From Magnetococcales bacterium (lineage in GTDB: Bacteria > Pseudomonadota > Magnetococcia > Magnetococcales > JADFZT01), in the NCBI GenBank assembly GCA_015232395.1, contig JADFZT010000020.1, forward strand, positions 338-64,337: a DNA stretch of 64,000 nt, read 5' to 3'. Of the stretch, positions 8,505-16,785 are shown piece after piece. A program made the translations under genes and the position numbers. Below the pieces are notes generated by a model. It ran no database searches, had not been told where the DNA came from, and saw only the letters and a list, made by a program, of their open reading frames with translations. Within the stretch, counting starts at the first letter, position 1. Every line of letters starts with the position of its first letter.

Positions 8505-9170
8505 TTGGACGATGCCGACAAACAGCTCCTAGTAGAGCGTTTCCAATCCTATCTGGACCAACTGCCCGAAGAAGAATCCACTTTGAATGACGTCTCCGGA
8601 CAGGCTGATCTGGCCAATGTGTACATGGAGATGGCTGGACTGCGCAATGAGGTGGCCCGTGAGGCCCGCCAGGTAAAGGGGGCTTTGGATAAATTCGGAG
8701 AACTTTTCAACACTGTCACCGAAAATCAATCCACTCTGGCGCGCCAGACCCGGGAGATCCACCAAGCCCGTGGCGAAGGCCCCCGGGAGGCGCAACACCA
8801 TCTGCTCCTCCAAATGCTGGACTTTAGGGACCGGTTTGCCGAAAGCCTCAACACCCTCGATGGGTATGCGCTCCCGTGGCGGGTCCGGAGTTTTGGAGGT
8901 AAGGCCCATGCGGCTTGGCTGACAGGGCTGGTTCAAGGCCAGCGGATGTTGTTAAAACGGCTGGACAGAATTCTGGATGCCCAGCGTGTGCAACGTCTGG
9001 AAACCCTGCACCGCCCCTTTGATCCAGAGCGAATGCGGGCAATGGGTACATCATGGGATCCAGATCATCCACCGGGGGTGGTGATTGCCGAAGAGCGTCC
9101 TGGCTACCTGTTGGCTGGCCAAGTCCTACGGCTTTCAGAGGTGACCGTCAACCGGCAAGGGGAAGACTGA
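8505..9170 (+). CDS. GrpE-like nucleotide exchange factor
   Basis: 221 aa from TTG 8505, with GGGAG ~9 nt upstream. It has a coiled-coil N-terminal half. The C-terminal FDPERMRAMG...VVIAEERPGYLLAGQVLRLSEVTV resembles the GrpE beta-domain (FDPnxHeAv...v.v.qkGY.l.grvlRpA.V.V). Confidence 0.65.
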   Translation: MDDADKQLLVERFQSYLDQLPEEESTLNDVSGQADLANVYMEMAGLRNEVAREARQVKGALDKFGELFNTVTENQSTLARQTREIHQARGEGPREAQHHLLLQMLDFRDRFAESLNTLDGYALPWRVRSFGGKAHAAWLTGLVQGQRMLLKRLDRILDAQRVQRLETLHRPFDPERMRAMGTSWDPDHPPGVVIAEERPGYLLAGQVLRLSEVTVNRQGED

Positions 9171-9172
9171 TC

Positions 9173-10951
9173 GTGAATGATATTATTATTGGCATCGACC
9201 TGGGTACTACCAACTCCGAGGTGGCGGTATTTGAAAACGGCCAGCCGCGCCTGATTGGCGACTCCGGGGGCGATCCCATCCTCCCCTCTTTCGTGGGGCT
9301 GTCCGAAGACGGGGTACTGCTGGTGGGACAGAGTGCCAGCAACCAGTATGCGGCTGCCCCTGAGCGCAGTGTCAAGTCAGTCAAACGGCTCATGGGACAG
9401 GATACCCGGATCGATCTGGGTGGAACCAACTATGCTCCCCAGGAAATTTCAGCGATCATCCTCAAAAGGCTCAAGGAGATGGCCGAATCCGACCTGGGAC
9501 AACCGGTCAACCGAGCCGTCATCACCGTACCGGCCTACTTTTCGGATGCCCAGCGGCAGGCTACTCGCGAGGCTGGGACCATTGCCGGATTGGATGTGGT
9601 TCGGATGATCAATGAGCCCACTGCCGCCGCCCTGGCCTATGAGGCCGGGCATGAAGGAATGCGTGACATTCTGGTTTACGACCTGGGGGGTGGGACCTTC
9701 GATGTCTCGATTGTGCGTATGGAACAGGACGTGGTGGAGGTGATTGCAAGTCACGGCGACAATCACCTGGGGGGGGATGATTTTGACCAACTCATCACCA
9801 GCCACCTGCTGGAGCAACTCGAAACCACCCATGGGGTGACGCTTTCTCCAGAAAGTCCCGCTCATGCCCGACTGCTGCGTGCCTCCGAAGCTGCCAAACG
9901 GGTACTGTCGGAATATCCTTTTGTCAACATCGAAGAGGAATTCATCACCGAAAAGGATGGGGTACCGGTTCATCTGAGCCTGGAATTGTCTCGGGATGAT
10001 TATGAGGAAATGATCCAGGAACTGGTGGAACGCACCCTGGAGTCGGTACATGCTACCCTGGATGACGCCAAACTGACCCCGGATGCCATCCAGGAAATTC
10101 TACTCGTGGGCGGTTCAACCCGCACGCCACTGGTGAGGCGGCGACTGGAGGAGATTTTTCATCGTTCGCCCCGGGGGGAGATCCATCCGGATTTGTGCGT
10201 GGCCCTGGGGGCGGCTATCCAGGGGGGAATTGTCAAAGGCGAAGCCGCCAGTGCCGTGCTGGTGGATGTAACCCCCTACACCTTTGGCACCAGCGCCCTG
10301 GGGTTTTTGGATGGCATTGAGACCCCTTTCGTCTACGTTCCCATCATCCACCGCAACACGCCGATTCCGGTCAGCCGCGGCCAAGTGTTTTATACCGTGC
10401 AGGACGATCAGAAGGTGGTGGATGTAAAGGTCTATCAGGGCGAAAATCCGGATGCCTCGCACAACATTCTGATTGGATCTTTTCGTATCGAAGGATTATC
10501 CAAAGCACCAGCCAACAATCCCATCGTCATGACGTTCGATCTGGATCTCAACGGAGTTCTACATGCCTCGGCCCGAGAGAAGATCAGCGGACTGGAGCGC
10601 AGCATTACCATTGACAACGCCATGACCCACTTTGAAGCCGAAGAGATGGACCAGGCCCGTTCCCGGGTGGAAGCCTTGTTCGAAAACGAGGAGGTAATCG
10701 ACAGCACACCCCAGGAGAACATCCCCCAAGGCCAAGAGGATGTCACCCCTGCCCAGCGGCAGCAACATACCGAAGCCCGCGCTCTGGTGGAGAAGGCTGA
10801 ACGAATGCTTGAAGAGGCCAGTGACGAGGATCGCGACGACATGATCAATTTGATCGAAGAGATCCTTCAGGCTCTGGATAAGGAAAATTTCACGGCGTTG
10901 GCAGAAGCCCGGGAGCAGTTGGCGGACATCCTCTACTACATGGAGACCTGA
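9173..10951 (+). CDS. Hsp70-family ATPase (DnaK/HscC-like paralog)
   Basis: Starts at GTG 9173, 3 nt after the GrpE-like stop. Motifs: IGIDLGTTNSEVAV (phosphate-1), DLGGGTFDVSIV (phosphate-2), LVGGSTRTPLVRRRLEE (adenosine) and a substrate-binding domain (VLVDVTPYTFGTSALG), plus a helical lid. Confidence 0.9.
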   Translation: MNDIIIGIDLGTTNSEVAVFENGQPRLIGDSGGDPILPSFVGLSEDGVLLVGQSASNQYAAAPERSVKSVKRLMGQDTRIDLGGTNYAPQEISAIILKRLKEMAESDLGQPVNRAVITVPAYFSDAQRQATREAGTIAGLDVVRMINEPTAAALAYEAGHEGMRDILVYDLGGGTFDVSIVRMEQDVVEVIASHGDNHLGGDDFDQLITSHLLEQLETTHGVTLSPESPAHARLLRASEAAKRVLSEYPFVNIEEEFITEKDGVPVHLSLELSRDDYEEMIQELVERTLESVHATLDDAKLTPDAIQEILLVGGSTRTPLVRRRLEEIFHRSPRGEIHPDLCVALGAAIQGGIVKGEAASAVLVDVTPYTFGTSALGFLDGIETPFVYVPIIHRNTPIPVSRGQVFYTVQDDQKVVDVKVYQGENPDASHNILIGSFRIEGLSKAPANNPIVMTFDLDLNGVLHASAREKISGLERSITIDNAMTHFEAEEMDQARSRVEALFENEEVIDSTPQENIPQGQEDVTPAQRQQHTEARALVEKAERMLEEASDEDRDDMINLIEEILQALDKENFTALAEAREQLADILYYMET

Positions 10952-10953
10952 GG

Positions 10954-11199
10954 GTGGCTGCGCGTTGCGGCCTGTGTCGGGGCTCAGTGGACGACCAGAC
11001 CGCCATCTGTCGGCGTTGTGGAGCGGATCTGGGGCTTGTTTGGCAGGCCAAATCGACTGCCAATGCCCTCGTCACTTCCGCCATTGGCACCTTGGCCCAG
11101 GGTGATTTGGATAAAGCTCGCCATCTCACCAGCCAAGCAGCCCTATATCATAACGACTTTTTTATCCGTCACCTGAATAGCTTCCTGAACCATTCCTGA
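10954..11199 (+). CDS. Small zinc-ribbon protein, last gene of Hsp70 module
   Basis: 81 aa from GTG 10954, 3 nt after the Hsp70 stop. CGLCRG...CRRCG forms CxxC-N11-CxxC, followed by a helical segment. Confidence 0.45.
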   Translation: MAARCGLCRGSVDDQTAICRRCGADLGLVWQAKSTANALVTSAIGTLAQGDLDKARHLTSQAALYHNDFFIRHLNSFLNHS

Positions 11200-11523
11200 C
11201 AAACTATTCCTCACTATTGTCCTCCCCTACGCCTTCCAAAAAAAGGTCTGCTGCTCCTCCCACTCCACTGGAAACGGCTTTTTCAGTTCCGAAATGGTGA
11301 TCCCCTCCGGCTGACGGCCATCGAGGATGGTATTGCTATCGGTTTCAATATGTCAGATAATTTTGCCAACTGGTACCAAACGGAAATTCACCGTAGCTCG
11401 AACATTCAAAGGTAAGCGCTCAATAAAGGGCAGGGTTCCACTATTCATGGCGATCTTTCATTCTGGCTGAAAACCAGACGAATGGAGGCCGGAATGGAAG
11501 AAACCAGGCATGATGATCTTTCC

Positions 11524-12985
11524 CAGGACTTTCCCCAAAAATTTTCACTCAAAATCAAACGCCAGTTGCCCATAGTCCTGTAATTCCGCAACTGGGCCTC
11601 ACCTGGGAGATCGAGCGCAAACTTCCCGGATTCCGTCGGCCAGGGCATAGAAGCGAAAATCAGGCACGCCGAACACCCGCTTTGATGCTTTCGTCAAATG
11701 CGTGGCCAGGATATCCAACTTCAGCCTCGTCCCCAGGATTACAGTCGTGAAAAAGGCTACGGCGTTGACCAGAACCACCATGTTTTGCAGACGCTCATAG
11801 GTCAAAACTCGAATATCTTCGAGGCTATAGCTTTGTTTAACAAAACGGATCGCCTCCTCAATGCGCCATCTTGAAAAATAGGCGTTTACCACCCATGCCA
11901 CATCCTTATGCCGCCGACGAAGGGGAGTATTCGTCAGCAACATCAGTGGCTCTTTACCCAGCCCCTGCACCACCACCATCCACAGGTGGACTTCGGGACG
12001 TTCAGGCAAACGGACGGGCCGAAAGCCATATTCCAGATCCACCCTGACCTCTTTGCCATGCTCTTCACGCACGATCCATGATGAGTAGCGTAGCGGGCAG
12101 TCCCTGGCCAAATCCGAGGTCGCACGGTGACGCTGGCCCCAAATCAAATGGCGGTTTCCTTTCAGGCGAATGATGAAAGATCTCGAAGCATCCACCATGG
12201 GCTCAAGCAGCGCACCACGATCACCACCACGGTCCATTATCCAAACGCCTCGATTTTCACAGGCCGCAGACACTTGCTCCACTGCCATCAGGATTTCCGC
12301 ATTTTCGCTCAAAAAACCCGGAGCCTCCTGAGAGTATAGGTGGGAGTGGAGCGGAATAATGGCGTTATCCCCATTCTCGACGCCCACCACCTGGCACAAC
12401 CAATAACCAGAGGCAATCTTTCCCGCGCTGCCATCCCTGACTTTTGCCAGAAATTCCATCTTCTTGGCGTAAGGTTTGGTCAGATCAGATGGATCCAGGA
12501 TCAGCAAGGTTCGATCCTGGATCCTGCCGGCTCCTTCCCGTAACACTGAAGCGCCCACCTCTTGGCCTATGGTTTCACGAGCTAGATTACGGGATAACCG
12601 GGTTTCGGTCTTGGACAGAGGTATCCGCTCTTCCAGCGCACGTCCAATCTCAGTCAGACGAACGCTGCCACGGGCCGCAACGCCATACATCACCTCATCC
12701 ACCAACCGCCGTGCCACTTTTCCTAAACCGACTGAAAATCTCCCCGAAAAATGGGGCATCTGGGAGCGGATTTTGGTCGCAGTCTGCGGTATCATGAGAT
12801 GGGGCCTCCTTTTGGTGAGTTGGTGTTCCTGGCTTCGCAACCGGAATCCTACCCCACCGGGGAGCGCCCCTCATCCTGCAAAAAGTCTCTCCAAAAATGC
12901 CCATTTCACTTCCAAACCAACATTTTCTCCCATTGAATCATCGTGTTGCGCGCATCAAACCCTGTTTTTTTTGGGGAAAGTCCTG
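11524..12985 (-). mobile_element. IS4-family insertion sequence (intact, ~1.46 kb)
   Basis: It has perfect 18-bp terminal inverted repeats, CAGGACTTTCCCCAAAAA at 11524-11541 and its reverse complement at 12968-12985. These flank a single DDE transposase ORF. Confidence 0.85.
11599..12795 (-). CDS. IS4-family DDE transposase
   Basis: The frame is open from TTG 12840, and the first ATG is at 12795. The C-terminal YFSRWRIEEAIRFVKQ is the Y-x2-R-x3-E-x6-K signature of IS4-type transposases. Acidic triad candidates are LILDPSDL and WIMDRGGD. Confidence 0.85.
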   Translation of the reverse strand: MIPQTATKIRSQMPHFSGRFSVGLGKVARRLVDEVMYGVAARGSVRLTEIGRALEERIPLSKTETRLSRNLARETIGQEVGASVLREGAGRIQDRTLLILDPSDLTKPYAKKMEFLAKVRDGSAGKIASGYWLCQVVGVENGDNAIIPLHSHLYSQEAPGFLSENAEILMAVEQVSAACENRGVWIMDRGGDRGALLEPMVDASRSFIIRLKGNRHLIWGQRHRATSDLARDCPLRYSSWIVREEHGKEVRVDLEYGFRPVRLPERPEVHLWMVVVQGLGKEPLMLLTNTPLRRRHKDVAWVVNAYFSRWRIEEAIRFVKQSYSLEDIRVLTYERLQNMVVLVNAVAFFTTVILGTRLKLDILATHLTKASKRVFGVPDFRFYALADGIREVCARSPR

Positions 12986-13250
12986 TCATCCCCAGGTTGA
13001 CCCTGCCTGGATCGGATCTTTTTGGCGTAATCCTCACCGAAATGGAGGGACCATTGGCGAATGGATTCGTAAGTCACGATAACCCCTCGTGAGGCCAGGG
13101 TTTTCTCCACGTCTCGAAGCTGAAGGCGAACCGGTGATAGAGCCAAACTGCGTGGCAGATGATCTGGCCTGGAAACCGAAATCCATGGTTAAAGTGAGGC
13201 GTCTTATCCATTGGGAAAATCTACCATGGATGCCGTATGGACGCCAAGTT
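12986..13250 (-). pseudogene. IS6-family transposase, N-terminal fragment (frameshifted, truncated by the IS4 element)
   Basis: Minus-strand reading gives HGFRFPGQIICHAVWLYHRFAFSF, then a 1-nt frame change, then RDVEKTLASRGVIVTYESIRQWSLHFGEDYAKKIRSRQGQPGD. This resembles the IS26-type N-terminus. Homology stops exactly at the IS4 right end (12985/12986). Confidence 0.65.
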
Positions 13251-13286
13251 GACAGTCGCGTAGGGAGGCACACCCCTTCCCTCAAT

Positions 13287-13967
13287 TCATTTTCTCCCGC
13301 CGGCTCGTTCCACTGCGTCCTGACGCCTCTCTATCGCATCCTTTTTCGCGCGCGCAGATGCCTTTCGGCGTTGATCAACAGCAACCGCTTCTGCCCGTTT
13401 CAATGCGCAGTGATGTTTTTCGATTGCCTCTTCTTCCGCTTGTTCCGATGCTTCCACGCGCTTCTTCATCGCCTCATTTTCCGCGCGTAGTTCCTCCTTT
13501 TCAAATGCTTGACGGCGGTAATGTCTGAAAAAAATTGGGCACAGAGCCTTGGTCAGCTTGGATAGCTCTTTTTTGCTTGCAGGGATTAATTTATCGCCAG
13601 ATCCATCTTGGCTGCATATGGATCTGGCTTTGTCATGCATTGAACTTAAAAATTCCTCTCCATATTCCTTCAAACAGTCAGGCGCTCTTTTTTTATTCTC
13701 TTCCATAATTTTAGCACTCCCAAATATCAACCAGTCCAGACTTGCTCCTGTTTTATTATGAATGAGAATAAGATGCTCCAAACTTGGCGTTAAACCATCC
13801 GTCCAAATCCCAGTGAATTCCTGTTTGGAAAGGCCAATTTTTTCAGCCCAGGCCAATGGATTCTGTTGACCTATCAATCCACCAAGTCTTTTATGGAACG
13901 CTACTCTATTAAAGGATTCAGGCATGAGCCCACCCAAACTCTGCATGAGCGTATCTACGAATGACAA
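13287..13967 (-). CDS. CI-repressor-like HTH protein with C-terminal charged coiled coil
   Basis: 226 aa. AWAEKIGLSKQEFTGIWTDGLTPSLEHLILIHNKTGASLDWLIFG resembles the phage CI repressor-type HTH domain. The C-terminus is rich in E/K/R/A (EELRAENEAMKKRVEASEQAEEEAIEK...). The gene is visibly more AT-rich than its neighbours. Confidence 0.6.
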   Translation of the reverse strand: MSFVDTLMQSLGGLMPESFNRVAFHKRLGGLIGQQNPLAWAEKIGLSKQEFTGIWTDGLTPSLEHLILIHNKTGASLDWLIFGSAKIMEENKKRAPDCLKEYGEEFLSSMHDKARSICSQDGSGDKLIPASKKELSKLTKALCPIFFRHYRRQAFEKEELRAENEAMKKRVEASEQAEEEAIEKHHCALKRAEAVAVDQRRKASARAKKDAIERRQDAVERAGGRK

Positions 13968-13988
13968 CTACTGAATGAGCTGAGTTAT

Positions 13989-16592
13989 TCATCCGTCAAA
14001 CACCATGCTTTCAAGGAACTTTTCAATGGATTCCCTTGCATTTATTATATCATGTTCAAGTGTTTCCGCAATAACAGATATATCTCCAACAGAACCATTC
14101 CGGCTTGAGCGCTCCAGGCTTTCTGCAATACTTCCAACCTTTACTGCACCCAACTGCCAGCATGTTCCTTTCAGTCTATGAGATGAGGCCTTTAAGGATT
14201 TTACATCATCTTTTTTTATATTATTAAGAATGGCATAGGCTTGTTCAAACATGCCGATGAGGGACACGCGTACAACAGATTCAAAATCTTCTCCTCCCAC
14301 ATCATCTCTAAGCTTCCAAAGCCTTCTTTCATCCACGTCAACCATGCCATCATAGGGCTTTTCGATATTTGCCAACATGGTTCCAGCTTTATTTTCATTG
14401 CCCTGCCAGCGGTAGAGAATACGTCGAAGATCGTGCCCACTGACGGGCTTGCATAAATAATCATCCATCCCCGCTGTAATGCAAATGCCCTCATCTCCAT
14501 CCAGTGCAAACGCTGTCAGAGCGATAACGGTGGAATGATGGGAATGGCCAGCGGATTTTTCCCGGTCCCGTAGATGCTTGACCGCCGTAATGCCATCCAT
14601 TTTCGGCATTTGAATGTCCATAAAAATGAGTTCATACTTCTTGCGCGATGTCATTTCCAGAACTTCAAGACCATTCTGGGCTAAATCTGGAGACAACCCC
14701 ATTTTCTTGAAAATTTTCAGGAACACGATTTGATTGACTGGATCATCTTCAGCCAACAGAATCGACGTTGATGGTGAAATAACGGGCTCGGTGATTGCGC
14801 GGTTTCGACCTGACTTTATAGCGCGTTTTCTTGTATCGACGGATTCTATTGACGGCTCAATCGATGACTTGCGCTGAAAGGAGTGGTCAAGGTCAACCAT
14901 CTCCGAGGGAACTCTGCAGAAAAACGCACTGCCTTTTCCCTCCGCGCTTTCTACCCAGATGGTTCCCCCCATGATTTCAATCAGGCGCTTGGAGATGGCC
15001 AGCCCCAGACCGGTCCCTCCAAAACGGCGGTTGGTGGTTTTGTCCGCCTGAACAAAATTCTCAAAAATGGCCTCAAGTCTGTTTTCAGGGATGCCAATAC
15101 CGGTATCCTGAACGATATAGAGCAGAGACGCCGTATCATCATTGCTCTCCGCCATTTTGACGGAAATGGCAATATGACCGTTTTCCGTAAATTTAACCGC
15201 ATTGCCGACCAGGTTGATCAGGACTTGACGAATTCTGCGAAAATCTCCCTTGACCACATCAGGGACATCCGGGTCCACATATTTTTCCAAAGCGAGTTTT
15301 TTTTGCTCAACAGCTGGATAGCGCATGATACTGCGCACGCTTTCGACCAGATCTCTTGGGGAAAACTCCTCTGACAGCAGACCAATTTCGCCGGACTCGA
15401 TTTTCGCCAGATCGAGGATGTCGTTGATCAAAGTCAACAACGCCTGTCCCGACTCTTTGATGACAGCCATGGCCTCGGCTCTCTCCTCCAAGGAGGTAGA
15501 GGCATCCACAAAGTCCGCCATGCCGATGATCGCATTCATCGGCGTGCGGATTTCATGGCTCATGGTCGCCAAAAAGGCGCTTTTGGCCTGGTTGGCCTCC
15601 TCGGCCTGCTCTTTGGCGGTTTTCAGCCTTTCTTCAATCTCCTTTCTCTCCGTATCATCACGGAACGTAAAGACCAAACCGGAAACGCCTTTTTCGTGAA
15701 ATGTGGGAGAAACCGTATAGCTGGCGGGAAAACGGGCCCCTCTTCGACGGTGTAAATATCCATCCAGCACGGAGCGGGGCCTGCCATCCTGCAACGTTTC
15801 AACGACCGGGTCATCTTTCAGGCCGATTTTCTCACCTTTGGATGAGACCGGCCTCAAAATTTTCCGTATGTCTTTGCCATGCAGATCTTCCACGGGCCAG
15901 CCAAGAAGGTTTGCGGCCGAAGGATTTGAGAAGATGATTCTGCGATGATCGTCAACGCCAAGAATCCCCTCCGCCGCCGAGTCCAGTATCCTGGCGTTGC
16001 GTTCAGCAAGCTCGGCAATTTGATCTTCCGTCCGTTTGCGCTCGGTAATGTCAAAAACGACCGTCAGGCAAAGGGCCTGGTCTTTTCCCGGATCTCGCGT
16101 CAAACGGCTCTGCAAAAGACAGTGGACAGGCTCTTTCAGCTTTCGTAGAAGTTGCAACTCATCGCTGGCGCTTTCAAACCTGAACGCCCGTTGAAAATGT
16201 TCACCCAGTTTTTTGCGCATCTCTCTGGGAACATAAGGAAGAAACGGCTTTCCCATGAGTTGGCTTTTGGCGATGCCAAGAAGTTCAGCAGCCGCATGAT
16301 TGGTCTCAATAACTTTTTGCCAGTGGTCCACAACAAAATAGGCCACTGGTGAATCCAGAAAAAGCAGTGAATATTTTTCCAGGAGGGTTTCCATCCGTTC
16401 CCGGGTCAGAAGCAACTCGTCATTCTGACTGCGCAACTCTTCCTGATGGGTATTGAGATCTTCCAGGGTGCGTTCGAGTTGAGCCTCCAGGTCAGAGAAA
16501 CGGGATTCCCGCAGCTTAAAGTCGGCGACCTGTTCTTTCAGGCGTTTGACCTCCTGCTCAACCTCTTTCCGGCTTTTGGTGGTTTTAGACAT
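13989..16592 (-). CDS. Hybrid sensor histidine kinase (coiled coil-PAS-PAS-HisKA-HATPase-REC-HPt)
   Basis: H-box [20 protein letters not shown]-box [13 protein letters not shown]-boxes DTGIGI and [13 protein letters not shown]. Receiver: [11 protein letters not shown]...[13 protein letters not shown]. HPt: [13 protein letters not shown]. Confidence 0.9.
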   Translation of the reverse strand: MSKTTKSRKEVEQEVKRLKEQVADFKLRESRFSDLEAQLERTLEDLNTHQEELRSQNDELLLTRERMETLLEKYSLLFLDSPVAYFVVDHWQKVIETNHAAAELLGIAKSQLMGKPFLPYVPREMRKKLGEHFQRAFRFESASDELQLLRKLKEPVHCLLQSRLTRDPGKDQALCLTVVFDITERKRTEDQIAELAERNARILDSAAEGILGVDDHRRIIFSNPSAANLLGWPVEDLHGKDIRKILRPVSSKGEKIGLKDDPVVETLQDGRPRSVLDGYLHRRRGARFPASYTVSPTFHEKGVSGLVFTFRDDTERKEIEERLKTAKEQAEEANQAKSAFLATMSHEIRTPMNAIIGMADFVDASTSLEERAEAMAVIKESGQALLTLINDILDLAKIESGEIGLLSEEFSPRDLVESVRSIMRYPAVEQKKLALEKYVDPDVPDVVKGDFRRIRQVLINLVGNAVKFTENGHIAISVKMAESNDDTASLLYIVQDTGIGIPENRLEAIFENFVQADKTTNRRFGGTGLGLAISKRLIEIMGGTIWVESAEGKGSAFFCRVPSEMVDLDHSFQRKSSIEPSIESVDTRKRAIKSGRNRAITEPVISPSTSILLAEDDPVNQIVFLKIFKKMGLSPDLAQNGLEVLEMTSRKKYELIFMDIQMPKMDGITAVKHLRDREKSAGHSHHSTVIALTAFALDGDEGICITAGMDDYLCKPVSGHDLRRILYRWQGNENKAGTMLANIEKPYDGMVDVDERRLWKLRDDVGGEDFESVVRVSLIGMFEQAYAILNNIKKDDVKSLKASSHRLKGTCWQLGAVKVGSIAESLERSSRNGSVGDISVIAETLEHDIINARESIEKFLESMVFDG

Positions 16593-16785
16593 GGCCTAAC
16601 AATTTCTCATCATCGAAAATGGTTGAAAAGCCCAGACATGCGGGCTGAAAATAATATACACTTCAATGACGAAATGCGATACGGTTTCAGGGACTTGATT
16701 CCGTTTTTAGTAGACTTTAAGTAGAGCTGATAGATCTTTAACGTAGAAAATAGAGGTTTTTATTCTTCAACCTCTGGAGGAAACC

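Noticed and set aside
11200-11523. A possible C-terminal coding remnant on the minus strand (...NTILDGRQPEGITISELKKPFPVEWEEQQTFFWKA).
   Set aside because: The open frame is only ~40 codons with no start codon, and I could not match it to any family. It is reported only as an unexplained flank of the IS4 element.
13287-13967. The CI-like repressor as evidence for a prophage.
   Set aside because: No integrase, Cro, replication, structural or lysis genes are adjacent. The neighbours are IS debris and a kinase gene.
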